Positions 26,658 through 36,919 of a stretch of 64,000 bases of DNA are shown piece by piece. Origin of the DNA: Collinsella sp. GTDB taxonomy: Bacteria > Actinomycetota > Coriobacteriia > Coriobacteriales > Coriobacteriaceae. The position numbers and the translations under genes were made by a program. Position 1 is the first letter of the stretch. Every line of letters begins with the position of its first letter. The DNA is taken from contig WGSK01000006.1 in the NCBI GenBank assembly GCA_014871655.1, positions 882 to 64,881 of the forward strand, read 5' to 3'. The notes beneath the pieces were generated by a model. It was not told the DNA's origin. It saw only the letters and a program-made list of their open reading frames with translations, and made no database searches.

Positions 26658-27179
26658 TTGGTCATTTTGGGTATCGACCCCGGTTTGGCCCATACGGGCT
26701 GGGGAATTATCGAGGAGCGGCGCGGCGAGGTTCGCTGCCGTGCCTACGGCTGCATTGAGACCAGCGCGGGCAGTCCGCTCGCGGTGCGCCTGTCGCATAT
26801 CGCCCGCGACCTCAAGGGTGTCGTGGAGCGTTATCGACCCGATACCGCTGCTATCGAGAGCATTTACTTTGGCGCCAACGTTCGCTCGGCCATCCCTACG
26901 GCGCACGCCCGCGGTGCTGCACTCGTGGCGCTTTCGGAATGCGCGCTCGAGATTGGCGAGTACACGCCTATGCAGATTAAGCAGGCTGTTGTGGGCACCG
27001 GCGCCGCGGACAAACGGCAGGTCGCGTATATGGTTCGTACGCTCACACAGCTCGATCACGACCCACATCCCGACCATGCCGCCGATGCCCTGGCCTGCGC
27101 CATCTGCCACGTTAACCTCAGCCGCACCCGGGCGCTTACCGGCGGCGAGTTCTATCAACAGAGAGGAACCGGATACTGA
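26658..27179 (+). CDS. ruvC: Holliday junction resolvase
   Basis: ILGIDPG, AIE, IKQAVVGTGAADKRQV, DHAADALA; TTG start after GGAGG. Confidence 0.95.
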   Translation: MVILGIDPGLAHTGWGIIEERRGEVRCRAYGCIETSAGSPLAVRLSHIARDLKGVVERYRPDTAAIESIYFGANVRSAIPTAHARGAALVALSECALEIGEYTPMQIKQAVVGTGAADKRQVAYMVRTLTQLDHDPHPDHAADALACAICHVNLSRTRALTGGEFYQQRGTGY

Positions 27180-27799
27180 TGATCTCCCAGCTCCATGGAA
27201 CGCTTGTCGAGGCCACGATGAGCTCGGCCGTTGTCGATGTATCGGGTGTGGGCTTTGAGCTCGGCATCTCGGGCAGCACTGCCGCCACGCTGCCTACACC
27301 CGGCGGCGAGGTGCGCCTCTATACCCGTATGCAGGTGCGCGAGGACGCCATGACACTTTTCGGTTTTTCCTCAAAGGATGAGCGCACGATGTTCGACCGG
27401 CTCGTGTCCGTCTCGGGCGTTGGCCCGCGCTTGGCGCTCGCCGTGCTTTCCACCTATACCGTGGGGCAGCTGTATTCGCTGGTGATGGCCGAGGACGACA
27501 AGGGCATGGCCAAGGTACCCGGTGTGGGCAAAAAGACAGCTCAGCGCCTGATCCTGGAACTCAAGAGCACCTTTGCCAAGGATAAGGGCTTTGTGCCGGT
27601 CGACGTGATTCCCGGCCAGGTTGCGATGCCGGTTCCTGCCGCCGCTCCTTCGGCGATCGATGATGCCCGTGCGGCACTCCTTTCCATGGGTTTTAGCCCG
27701 CAGGAGACCGATGTTGCCCTGAGCGGGTATGATGGGCAGGATATGCGTGTCGAGGACTTGCTCGGCGCGGCGCTTAAGCGACTCGGAATGGATGCGTGA
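27179..27799 (+). CDS. ruvA: Holliday junction branch migration protein A
   Basis: [57 protein letters not shown] coupling to ruvC. Confidence 0.95.
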   Translation: MISQLHGTLVEATMSSAVVDVSGVGFELGISGSTAATLPTPGGEVRLYTRMQVREDAMTLFGFSSKDERTMFDRLVSVSGVGPRLALAVLSTYTVGQLYSLVMAEDDKGMAKVPGVGKKTAQRLILELKSTFAKDKGFVPVDVIPGQVAMPVPAAAPSAIDDARAALLSMGFSPQETDVALSGYDGQDMRVEDLLGAALKRLGMDA

Positions 27800-28866
27800 T
27801 GTGGGAAGCCGATGACTCTCAGGACCTGTGGGCGACGCCCGGCAACTCGCCGGCGGCATCCATGGCGCACGGCGAGCGCATGGTGGGCTCGGAGCTAACG
27901 CCCGAGGACCTCGATGTCGACCGCACTTTGCGCCCCCAGCGCCTGGACGACTACTGTGGCCAGGAGCACATCAAGCAGAGTCTGCGCGTGTTGATCGAAG
28001 CGGCGCAGAGCCGTGGCGAGACGCTCGACCACGTGATTTTTTCGGGCCCTCCGGGTCTGGGCAAGACCACGCTGGCAACCGTTATCGCCAACGAGCTGGG
28101 CGCTCAGATCAAGACCACGAGTGGCCCTGCCATCGCGCGTACGGGCGACCTGGCGGCCATCCTTACTAACTTGCAGCCAGGTGACGTGCTGTTTATCGAC
28201 GAGATCCACCGCCTCAACCGTTCGGTCGAGGAGGTCCTGTATCCCGCTATGGAGGACTTTGCGCTCGATATCGTGATTGGCAAGGGTCCGGCGGCTCGTT
28301 CGATTCGCTTGGATATCCCCAAGTTTACGCTGGTGGCGGCGACGACCCGCTCGGGCATGTTGACCGGCCCGCTGCGCGACCGCTTTGGCATTTCATATCG
28401 CCTGGATTACTACACGGTCGAGGAGCTCGCGCAGATTGTGACGCGCTCGGCGACCATTCTGGGCGTGACGATCGACCATCCCAGTGCACTCGAGATCGGC
28501 TCGCGTTCGCGCGGCACGCCACGTCTTGCCAACCGCCTGCTCAAGCGCGTGCGCGATTACGCACAGGTGCGCGGCAACGGTCCCATCGAGCTCGATATCT
28601 GTCGCCAGGCGCTCGAGTTCTTCGAGATCGATGAGCTCGGTCTGGACTGGATGGATATTCGCATTTTGGAGACGCTCGCTAAGACGTTCTCCGGTCGTGC
28701 CGTGGGACTTACGACCCTTGCCAGCGCGGTGGGCGAGGACCCGGGCACGCTCGAGGATGTCTATGAGCCCTATCTGCTGCAGTGCGGGTTGATGATTCGT
28801 ACGCCGCAGGGCCGTCAGGCAACCCTTCGCACCTTTGAGCACCTGGGGATTGAACCTACCGTTTAG
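27799..28866 (+). CDS. ruvB: Holliday junction branch migration helicase B
   Basis: [45 protein letters not shown]. Confidence 0.97.
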   Translation: MWEADDSQDLWATPGNSPAASMAHGERMVGSELTPEDLDVDRTLRPQRLDDYCGQEHIKQSLRVLIEAAQSRGETLDHVIFSGPPGLGKTTLATVIANELGAQIKTTSGPAIARTGDLAAILTNLQPGDVLFIDEIHRLNRSVEEVLYPAMEDFALDIVIGKGPAARSIRLDIPKFTLVAATTRSGMLTGPLRDRFGISYRLDYYTVEELAQIVTRSATILGVTIDHPSALEIGSRSRGTPRLANRLLKRVRDYAQVRGNGPIELDICRQALEFFEIDELGLDWMDIRILETLAKTFSGRAVGLTTLASAVGEDPGTLEDVYEPYLLQCGLMIRTPQGRQATLRTFEHLGIEPTV

Positions 28867-29010
28867 GGCGCTTTGTTTTGGCGGGCTGTTGGGCTATCGC
28901 TGGGCATCGGGTAAACATATCGCCGTTCATCGGTTATGGGTGTTTTACTATTGCGCGCCCGTGCTATGCTGAATTGGTCTTTTTCTCATTCGGTAACGAA
29001 AGGACCGCCC

Positions 29011-30678
29011 ATGCCTACTGACATCGAAATCGCACGTTCTGTCACGCCGCTGCCTATTACCGAGGTGGCCAAGAACGCCGGCGTCGACGTTAAGCACCTT
29101 ATTCCGTACGGCTTCGACAAGGCTAAGGTCGACTATTCACTGCTCAACGAGCCGACTGACCACCAGGCCAAGCTCGTCCTCGTGACTGCTATCAACCCAA
29201 CGCCTGCGGGCGAGGGTAAGACCACCACGACCATCGGTCTGGCCGATGGCTTGCGCCGACGCGGCGTCAAGAGTGCCGTGGCCCTGCGCGAGCCTTCGCT
29301 CGGCCCCGTCTTTGGCGTTAAGGGCGGCGCTGCCGGCGGCGGCTGGGCTCAGGTCATCCCCATGGAGGATATCAACCTGCACTTTACCGGCGACTTCCAT
29401 GCCATCGGTGCTGCCAACAACCTGCTGGCCGCCATGCTTGATAACCACATCCAGCAGGGCAATCAACTCGGTATTGACGTTAAACGCATCACTTGGAAGC
29501 GCGTCGTCGATATGAACGACCGTCAGCTGCGCCACGTCATCGACGGTATTGGCGGTAAGGCCCAGGGCGTGCCGCGCGAGGACGGCTTCGATATCACCGT
29601 CGCCTCCGAGGTCATGGCAATCCTGTGCCTGTCTACGAGCATTAACGACCTCAAGGAGCGCCTGGGCGAGATCGTCGTCGGCTACAGCTTTGCCGGCGAG
29701 CCCGTCCGTGCCCGCGACCTTAAGGCCCAGGGTGCCATGGCTGCGTTGCTTAAGGACGCGCTCAAGCCCAACTTGGTGCAAACGCTCGAGGGCACGCCCG
29801 CGTTTGTCCACGGCGGCCCCTTCGCCAACATTGCCCACGGCTGCAACTCTATCATGGCCACGCGTATGGCGATGCGCTTTGGCGATGTCGCCATTACCGA
29901 GGCCGGCTTCGGTGCCGATCTGGGTGCCGAGAAGTTCCTCGACATCAAGTGCCGCATGACGGGCGTTCGCCCCAGCGCCGTCGTGGTCGTCGCGACCGCT
30001 CGCGCGCTGAAGTACAACGGTGGCGTCGCCAAGGCCGACCTCAATGAGGAGAACCTCGAGGCGCTCAAGGCCGGCATGCCCAACCTGCTGCGTCACGTCG
30101 ACAACATCCAGAACGTTTATGGTCTGCCCTGCGTGGTCGCCATCAACCGCTTCCCGACGGACACCGAGGCTGAGCTTGCGCTCATCGAGTCCGAGTGCCA
30201 GAAGCTCGGCGTCAACGTTAAGCTTTCCGAGGTCTGGGCCAAGGGCGGCGAGGGCGCGCTCGAGCTGGCCGATGAGGTCATGCGTCTGATTGAGCAGCCG
30301 AGCGAGCTCAAGTTTGCCTACGAGGACGGCGCCGATGTGGCTGACGCCCTCGAGGCCGTCGCCACCAAGGTTTACCGCGCCGACGGCGTCGACTTTACGC
30401 CGGCTGCCAAGCGTCAGCTTGCCGAGCTGCGCGAGAACGGCTTTGGCAACCTGCCGGTGTGCATCGCCAAGACGCAGTACAGCTTTAGCGACAACGCCAA
30501 GGCCCTGGGCGCTCCCGAGAACTTCCGCATCACGGTGCGCGAGCTCAAGGTTTCCGCCGGTGCCCACTTTGTGGTCGCACTGACTGGCAGTGTTCTGACC
30601 ATGCCGGGCCTGCCCAAGGTCCCCGCGGCTGAGAACATCGACGTCGACAACGACGGCAACATCACCGGCCTGTTCTAA
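29011..30678 (+). CDS. fhs: Formate--tetrahydrofolate ligase
   Basis: [66 protein letters not shown]. Confidence 0.97.
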   Translation: MPTDIEIARSVTPLPITEVAKNAGVDVKHLIPYGFDKAKVDYSLLNEPTDHQAKLVLVTAINPTPAGEGKTTTTIGLADGLRRRGVKSAVALREPSLGPVFGVKGGAAGGGWAQVIPMEDINLHFTGDFHAIGAANNLLAAMLDNHIQQGNQLGIDVKRITWKRVVDMNDRQLRHVIDGIGGKAQGVPREDGFDITVASEVMAILCLSTSINDLKERLGEIVVGYSFAGEPVRARDLKAQGAMAALLKDALKPNLVQTLEGTPAFVHGGPFANIAHGCNSIMATRMAMRFGDVAITEAGFGADLGAEKFLDIKCRMTGVRPSAVVVVATARALKYNGGVAKADLNEENLEALKAGMPNLLRHVDNIQNVYGLPCVVAINRFPTDTEAELALIESECQKLGVNVKLSEVWAKGGEGALELADEVMRLIEQPSELKFAYEDGADVADALEAVATKVYRADGVDFTPAAKRQLAELRENGFGNLPVCIAKTQYSFSDNAKALGAPENFRITVRELKVSAGAHFVVALTGSVLTMPGLPKVPAAENIDVDNDGNITGLF

Positions 30679-30703
30679 GCCTGTTGCCCCTAGCTGCCTG
30701 CCC

Positions 30704-30743
30704 GCCCCGCCGTGCCCTCAAGGCCCGGCGGGGCTTTTGTTTT
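30704..30743 (+). terminator. Intrinsic terminator of fhs
   Basis: GCCCCGCCG...CGGCGGGGC then TTTTGTTT. Confidence 0.75.
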
Positions 30744-30980
30744 CTAGCCGCGCTGGAGGCCGAAGAGTTTGGCGTTGCGCTCGGCGACCATCATGTTGAT
30801 ATCGGCGATTTCCATCTCGCCGTCAATGTAGGGCTGGTAGGTGCCATATGGATCGCCGGCTCCCAAGCTGCAGCTTCCGCAGTTATCGCAGCTGCCGTTG
30901 CCGCAGCCGGCGAGTGCCAGCTTGATGATTTCCTCGCGCTCGGCACGCGTCGTGTCTTTGATGAGCTTGCTTTTTGCCAT
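30744..30980 (-). CDS. Small Cys-rich hypothetical protein (78 aa)
   Basis: MAKSKLIKDTTRAERE..., C-x4-C-x2-C-x2-C, YQPYIDG; GAGG SD. Confidence 0.7.
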   Translation of the reverse strand: MAKSKLIKDTTRAEREEIIKLALAGCGNGSCDNCGSCSLGAGDPYGTYQPYIDGEMEIADINMMVAERNAKLFGLQRG

Positions 30981-31117
30981 GACGTTCCTCGATTCGCTTG
31001 TTGCCACCTGTCGCGCATGTCTTGTAGATACCGACGGCCTTTGCCCATCATAGGCTTTTGCGCGGGTAGAATGCATGGATAACTTGATGCTTACAGGCGA
31101 CGGAAAGGAATCGTTGC

Positions 31118-32107
31118 ATGGATCAGGACAAGACAACCGTGATGGGCGGCTACGGTTCCGCGCAGGCTGGCGATAGCGCCGATGCGACCGGCGTTGTTCC
31201 CAACCCCGGTTATACCGACCCCGCCGCGACGCAGCCTTCTGCCGAGCCCACCCGGGTTATGGGCTATGGCGACACGGCGCAGGATTCTTACGCTGCATCT
31301 TCGCAAGGCCCCTATGGCAACGCAGCTCCGGACCCGTTTGATTACGCGCCGCAGGATTCTTATGCCGCCTCGACGCCGAATCCCTATGATGACCTGCCAC
31401 AGAATCCCATTCCGCAGCCTCAGCAGACGACGTATATGCCTCGCACGGCGCAGCCTCGCTACGAGTCGCGGGAGCCGTATCGCGAGTACCCCAAGTCGAT
31501 TCCGCAATATGGCGAGGACGAGGAGAAGAAGCCGTCGCGTTCGTCGAGCGTGATCAAGAAGATCCTCATCGTGCTGGCGATTTTCTTTGCGCTGTCGGTT
31601 GTGTTTGCCATCGTGTCGGGCATGCTCAACAAGCGAGGGAGTTCAACGGCCGATACCGCTGCCGAGCAAACCGAGTCCGCCCCGTCCGGCACCGTCGACC
31701 TGAGCGACATCCCGGGGCAGTACTGGTCCAACGCCAAGAAGCTCCTCAAGTCGCGCGGCGCCGATCTTTCGAATGCCGTGGTCCTGACCGATGACGGCTC
31801 AACGCCCGTCGTCGATGCCAACTGGGTCGTTACTTCTGCCTACTATAACGACAACGGCAACCTCGAAATTCAACTCACGCACAAGAACAGCTCGGGCAAC
31901 TCGTCCGACGGCCAAAGCGGTACCGACAGCTCGAGCTCCAATACGCTGGAGGACTTGAGCAACAAGGCACAGGAATTGGGAGACAAGGCGCAAGAGCTGG
32001 GCGACAATGCCCAGAACCTGGGCGACACCGCTCAGAACCTGGGTGATATGGCAACGAACGCCTGGGATGCCCTGCAAAACGGCATTTCGGGCGCGCAGGG
32101 AAACTAG
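31118..32107 (+). CDS. Single-pass membrane protein: disordered Pro/Gln/Tyr N-terminus, possible PASTA-like domain, heptad repeats
   Basis: AAGGA SD; TM ILIVLAIFFALSVVFAIV; DIPGQYWSNAKKLL; AQELGDK/AQNLGDT repeats. Confidence 0.75.
   Translation: MDQDKTTVMGGYGSAQAGDSADATGVVPNPGYTDPAATQPSAEPTRVMGYGDTAQDSYAASSQGPYGNAAPDPFDYAPQDSYAASTPNPYDDLPQNPIPQPQQTTYMPRTAQPRYESREPYREYPKSIPQYGEDEEKKPSRSSSVIKKILIVLAIFFALSVVFAIVSGMLNKRGSSTADTAAEQTESAPSGTVDLSDIPGQYWSNAKKLLKSRGADLSNAVVLTDDGSTPVVDANWVVTSAYYNDNGNLEIQLTHKNSSGNSSDGQSGTDSSSSNTLEDLSNKAQELGDKAQELGDNAQNLGDTAQNLGDMATNAWDALQNGISGAQGN
31960..32052 (+). repeat. Intragenic 21-bp (7-aa) imperfect tandem repeat, ~4 units
   Basis: KAQELGD-KAQELGD-NAQNLGD-TAQNLGD. 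Confidence 0.75.
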
Positions 32108-32125
32108 CGGACGAGCGGAGCGGGG

Positions 32126-33307
32126 CTACAGCTGCTCGGCCGGACGCTCGGGCGAGCTAAAGCCCGAATCGAACGTGACGACGCACGAGACGTCGGGCCG
32201 GCGCTCGTGCACGATGCGCGTGACGAGCTCCAGCAGCTCCTCGTCGGATATGTCAAAGCCGTCGGGACGCACCAGGTCAAATGACACAAAGCCGTCGTGC
32301 TCGTGCAGGTCGTGGATGGAGAGCGCGGGGTCGATCTGCATGACGCCGCGCTTGACCCAGCCGCGCAGGTCGTCGCCGGTGGTGGCGATGGGGTCGCAGT
32401 GCAGCGTGATACCGATGCCCATCTGCCGTTTGATATCGTGCTCGATGGTGTCCAGGATCTCGTGGTGCTCAAACGCATCGCCCTCGCCGGGCATCTCCAC
32501 GTGGGCGCTGGCAAACTGACGACCGGGGCCGTAGTCGTGCACCATCAGGTCGTGGGTGCCTAGGACCTGCGGATACGACATGATCTTGTCGCGGATTGCC
32601 TGGACGAGCTTGGGGTCGGGCGCTTGTCCCAGCAACGGGCTGATGGCGTCGCGCACTAGGCCCATGCCGCTGATGCAGATGAAGATGCCCACACCCAGGC
32701 CTGCCCAGCCATCGAGGTCAAAGCCGGTCGTCTGCGAAATAAGTGCCGCCGCCAAGACCGAGCCCGAGGTGATGACGTCGTTTTTGGAGTCCTGCGCCGT
32801 GGCGATGAGCGTCTCCGAGTCGATGCGATCGCCCAGCGTGCGGTTGAACGCTGCCATCCAGAGCTTAACGAGCATGGACGTAGCCAGTGCCGCAAGGGAA
32901 ATAAACGTGTAAGCGGTGGGCGAGGGCTTGATGATCTTGGTGACCGACTCGAGGATCAGGTTGATGCCGACGGCGCAAACCAGGACGGCGACGAACAGAC
33001 CGGCTAGGTACTCGTAGCGGCCGTGGCCATAGGGGTGGCCTTCGTCTGCCGGGCGGCTGGCAAGGCGGAACCCGAGCAGGCTCACGATGTTGCTCGAGGC
33101 GTCGGAGAGGTTGTTGAAGGCGTCGGCGATGAGGGAGACGGAGCCGGCGAGCAGGCCCGCGATGCCCTTGGCCAGGCACAGGGTGATGTTGAGGCCAATG
33201 CAGACGAGGCTTGCGGAAAAGCCCGCGTTGGTGCGGCAAGATGTATCGACCGGCTCGCTCTCGCTGCCGGGAACAAGCGTATGTACCAGCCGATTTACAA
33301 ATAGCAT
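32126..33307 (-). CDS. Cation diffusion facilitator (FieF-like)
   Basis: LIADAFNNLSD, PADEGHPYGHGRYEY, DSKND, HDLMVHDYGPG, HCDP; GAGGA SD. Confidence 0.92.
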   Translation of the reverse strand: MLFVNRLVHTLVPGSESEPVDTSCRTNAGFSASLVCIGLNITLCLAKGIAGLLAGSVSLIADAFNNLSDASSNIVSLLGFRLASRPADEGHPYGHGRYEYLAGLFVAVLVCAVGINLILESVTKIIKPSPTAYTFISLAALATSMLVKLWMAAFNRTLGDRIDSETLIATAQDSKNDVITSGSVLAAALISQTTGFDLDGWAGLGVGIFICISGMGLVRDAISPLLGQAPDPKLVQAIRDKIMSYPQVLGTHDLMVHDYGPGRQFASAHVEMPGEGDAFEHHEILDTIEHDIKRQMGIGITLHCDPIATTGDDLRGWVKRGVMQIDPALSIHDLHEHDGFVSFDLVRPDGFDISDEELLELVTRIVHERRPDVSCVVTFDSGFSSPERPAEQL

Positions 33308-33525
33308 AGCGGTCGTCCTCACAATCATGGTTAAGGGGATAGTGTAGCTCGCGCGGGGGCGCCGTGCACCGATGCTCAGAAAATGCAGCAATAGTCTGCC
33401 GGTGCTAACGAGCGAGCCTTCTCGTCTGCCTGGGTGGTCCATTTTGGGCCACATGGGTATGGGCATGTGCCTGCTTGCTCGACATACTTAATGTCGACAG
33501 CCCCTGTGCAAAGGAGGACGTTTCC

Positions 33526-34863
33526 ATGGACGAGATGTTTGCCGTTAAATGTCAAAACTGCGGCGGCCCTATGTACTCGCACCAGGCTAAGCGCAGCTTT
33601 GAGTGCGCCTATTGCGGCACGGTCGTTCCGTGGCAGGCGGACGTCGGAGAGCCCAAGAGCGCCCTGGGCATTCGCCATACGCCGCTGACGGTGGTGGATG
33701 GACTGCTCAAGCTCACGCATGTGTCGCAACTCGAGCGCCCGGAGGACCCGGACTGGTATTTCTTCAATTCGCACTGGCGCAATCAGTCGGTCCTGGAACA
33801 TCTGCTGTGGGAGGATCGCGGCACGGCGCAGGAGTTCCAAGAGGCCACGCATGTGAGTATTCCTTGCCCCTTCTGTGGTGCGTCCTTTGAGGGCGAGTCG
33901 ACCCAGCGCGTGTTTGAGTGCCCGTCCTGCGGCAACAAGATCGGCATTGCCGACCTGCTCAAGCCGGGGACGTTTAGCAAGCGTCTGACCATGGGCGTGG
34001 GTGCGGAGTATGTGCCGGATCAGGGTATTCCCTGCGAAATCTCGCCGCAGCAGGCACGTGCCAACGCGCTGCAGCTGGTGCGCCAGTACCCGGATGCCTT
34101 TGCCGGGCACGACGTGGAAGATGCGATCCAAAACGACATGATGCTCTTCTATTTCCCCATGGCGCTGGCGGACCTGCGCATGATGGCGAGCTTCCCGGGC
34201 AAGGGCCTGAGCAAGGAAACCCTGGTGTACTACGAGGTGCTCGACTGGGCATACCCCAGGGCAAACTACCTGGACGTTCGCCTCATGGGCATTTTGGAGC
34301 CGTGGGACTTTGCCAAGGTCGGTCCGTTCGATCCCGCCATGCAGGAAGGCGACTTCCGCGTCGTCTCCGTCGATGCATCTACCAAGGACCAGGTGGTCAT
34401 TGATAAGTTGGCGCTCGACGTTGCGGGCAACGATGCCGAGGCCGTACTGGGGCTCAAAAAAAAGAGCATCCGAACCTGGGCGCGCAAGGCCCGCAAGCAT
34501 AAGGATGGCCTGGTGATGGTGCCGGTCTACTTTGTCGATCGTCCGGCGACGGACAGCCGCGATGGCGAGCAGGTGCGCATTGCCGTAAACGGACAGACGG
34601 GCCGCGCGGCCGCGGCGGTGTTTAGCGACAAGCGCGAAACGCATATCGTGGCACCGCTCAACCCGAGCCCGCATCTGTCCGGTGAGAGCACCGTGCATGC
34701 CACGCCCATCGAGGTCAAATACGTTAAGTCGCCGTTTCTGTACCAGATCGTGCGCCGTGGAGGCGGCGAGCAACCGCGCCAGGTTGCAGCGGTTGCCGAG
34801 GGTTCCTACCGAGAGGAGAAGCCCAAACGCAAGGGCTTGTTCGCTGCGATCTTTGGGAAGTAG
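33526..34863 (+). CDS. Double zinc-ribbon protein with VNGQTG motif
   Basis: CQNCGG/CAYCGT and CPFCGA/CPSCGN pairs; AAGGAGG SD. Confidence 0.75.
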   Translation: MDEMFAVKCQNCGGPMYSHQAKRSFECAYCGTVVPWQADVGEPKSALGIRHTPLTVVDGLLKLTHVSQLERPEDPDWYFFNSHWRNQSVLEHLLWEDRGTAQEFQEATHVSIPCPFCGASFEGESTQRVFECPSCGNKIGIADLLKPGTFSKRLTMGVGAEYVPDQGIPCEISPQQARANALQLVRQYPDAFAGHDVEDAIQNDMMLFYFPMALADLRMMASFPGKGLSKETLVYYEVLDWAYPRANYLDVRLMGILEPWDFAKVGPFDPAMQEGDFRVVSVDASTKDQVVIDKLALDVAGNDAEAVLGLKKKSIRTWARKARKHKDGLVMVPVYFVDRPATDSRDGEQVRIAVNGQTGRAAAAVFSDKRETHIVAPLNPSPHLSGESTVHATPIEVKYVKSPFLYQIVRRGGGEQPRQVAAVAEGSYREEKPKRKGLFAAIFGK

Positions 34864-35053
34864 GGAAGCGCAGCATGGGACGGCTCGCAGGCATGCGGGC
34901 TGCCGTCCGGTAGTTTGGCAGGGGGTAGATGTAAATAAACGGTGGAGCGGCTGCAAAAGAGCTGCCTCGCTGGGCAAAATCAGGTTGTGCCGCGGAACCC
35001 GCTCCTCAGCTAGTCACACTTCGGAAGCGCGGGCAACGCAGGTATTATCGTCT

Positions 35054-35080
35054 AAAGGGCCGGCTGCAACCGGCCCTTTT
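35054..35080. terminator. Bidirectional terminator
   Basis: AAAGGGCCGG-ctgcaa-CCGGCCCTTTT. Confidence 0.75.
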
Positions 35081-35258
35081 CTGTGGCAGCCAATGGACCC
35101 ACATCAGACGAAGGCCGCGTCTTTGCCTGTCAGGTCACGCTCGCCAGCCACGGCTAGAATGTCGTTGCCGGCGTCCATGACCGGTATTGTTTCGTAGCGT
35201 GCGTCGCAACCGCGAGTGCGCCTGCGACGGCTGCGGTGGCTTCGGTCGCAACGTGCTG

Positions 35259-36311
35259 CTACCCTTGCGTTTCGCCATTGGTCGCTTCGTTGATGGCGCG
35301 GTACTCGGCGCTTAGTTCGCGCGCCAGCTCTTCCTTGCTTGGAAGATACGGCAGGTATTTGGCGGCAAACACTTGGTCGTTGTCTTCGGGCAGCGTGTAC
35401 TCGACAATCGAATCGCTTTTGTCCGCGCAGAGCACGATGCCTATGGGCGGATTGTCGCCTTCGTTCATGAGCTCGCGCGTGTAGTAGTTCACATACATTT
35501 GCATCTGGCCCAGGTCCTGATGCGTAAGGTCGTCCGTCTTAAGGTCGATGAGCACGAAGCAGCGCATCAGATAGTTGTAAAAAACAAGGTCAATATAGAA
35601 ATGGCGCCCATCAAAGGTGATGCGCTTTTGGCGCGCCTCGAAAGCGAAACCACGGCCAAGCTCCAGCAGGAACTTCTGAAGATGCGTGATGAGTGCCTGC
35701 TCTAGATCGCTCTCGCGAAACGCAGTATCGTCCGAGAAACCTAAAAACTCCAGTACATATGGGTCGCGGATGATATCCTCGGGGCGACGAGCCGGGGCGC
35801 TCTTTTGGATTTCCTGGGTGACGGCCTCCTTGTCCTTGCTGGCAAGTAGGCGCTCGCGGAACATGGTGTTGATCTGGCGTTCGAGCTGACGCGTGCTCCA
35901 ACGAGAATCGGCGCATTCGTTCATGTACCATGTTCGAGCATCAGGGTCGGTTATACGCGATAACCTGCGGTAATGTGTCCAATTCAATTCGGAACGCAGC
36001 GCGTTCCGGATTGGGAACGCAAGATAAAACTGACGCATGTATCTTAAGCTTCTGGCGTTGAAGCCTCTGCCAAAATCCTTAGTCAATCTAACGGCAAGTT
36101 CGTCGATCAGTGCATCGCCATACTTGGCGCGCTCCTCTCCGCCCTGTTCATCAACAATACTCTTGCCGATCTCCCAATATGCCTCAACCATCGCAAAGTT
36201 AACGGCGGTATAGGCCTTGTCGCGAGCGGCGTTGAGAATTGAGGAGACCTGCTTGTAAAAACCTTCGGGCACGATTGCCGATTCTCCACGGTTTACCAGT
36301 TCGCCCATCAC
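35259..36311 (-). CDS. YhcG/DUF1016 PD-(D/E)XK nuclease domain protein
   Basis: YWEIGK, LRYMRQFY, LNWTHY, WSTRQLERQI, DPYVLEFL, FLLELGRGF, IDL..IDLK, GQMQMY. Confidence 0.92.
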   Translation of the reverse strand: MMGELVNRGESAIVPEGFYKQVSSILNAARDKAYTAVNFAMVEAYWEIGKSIVDEQGGEERAKYGDALIDELAVRLTKDFGRGFNARSLRYMRQFYLAFPIRNALRSELNWTHYRRLSRITDPDARTWYMNECADSRWSTRQLERQINTMFRERLLASKDKEAVTQEIQKSAPARRPEDIIRDPYVLEFLGFSDDTAFRESDLEQALITHLQKFLLELGRGFAFEARQKRITFDGRHFYIDLVFYNYLMRCFVLIDLKTDDLTHQDLGQMQMYVNYYTRELMNEGDNPPIGIVLCADKSDSIVEYTLPEDNDQVFAAKYLPYLPSKEELARELSAEYRAINEATNGETQG

Positions 36312-36476
36312 TGTCGCCCCACTTTCCTCTTGTGGAATGCATCTTTATCGCATTTAGTTTAAAGCCTCGCGCGGACACGAATTGCTGTGCTGTCTGGCAC
36401 CTTCGCATGGGAGCCTTGCGGTGACTAAAATGTGGCAATAGAGACAGTTTTCACGAACCCCACGGGAGTGACACGC

Positions 36477-36746
36477 ATGGACAACAACACCTTGCTGTTT
36501 CAGGACAAGGGTTCGGGTAGGTTTAAAGACGTTAAGATCTACCCCAAACGTATTGAGGTGCTCAAGAAGGGCACTTTTGGCGGCAAGCACACCGAAAGTG
36601 TCTATCTTAAGGACATCACGGGGGTCAACAGGATCAAGGGGCGCGACGTTTTCCTGCGTAACAGGCTGTTGACTGCTTGTGTTTTTAGCCTGAGCAGTCG
36701 TGCGAAGGCCCAGGAGTTCGTGAATGCGTTGAACTCGGTGATGTAG
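36477..36746 (+). CDS. Small bacterial PH-like domain protein
   Basis: 89 aa; beta-rich with IYPKRIE, LKDITGV and C-terminal helix AQEFVNAL; GGGAG SD. Confidence 0.55.
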   Translation: MDNNTLLFQDKGSGRFKDVKIYPKRIEVLKKGTFGGKHTESVYLKDITGVNRIKGRDVFLRNRLLTACVFSLSSRAKAQEFVNALNSVM

Positions 36747-36919
36747 TCGATAGTGGCGTTCGGGCCAGACTTACGCCCGCGCATCGGGCGGCACTGAGGC
36801 TGGTCGCTCAGCCTGCGAGTTTTCTGAACACACCACCTCTTCATTTGCAAAAAGCTAGGGGCACAGAACGGTATTCTGCGCCCCTCATCAAATCGATGTG
36901 TCCAAAAAGGTCGGCTGGC

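Noticed and set aside
28867..29010. THF or ZTP riboswitch ahead of fhs
   Set aside because: No consensus elements seen; only an extended -10 (TGCTATGCT) and a short leader
34864..35053. Possible riboswitch or ncRNA (hairpins, CTGGGCAAA resembling the ZTP 3' end)
   Set aside because: 5' consensus is absent and there is no downstream gene on that strand; cannot be supported without an Rfam search
35104..35205. Minus-strand coding-like fragment DARYETIPVMDAGNDILAVAGERDLTGKDAAFV
   Set aside because: Too short, no SD and no recognisable family; may be a gene remnant but unsupported
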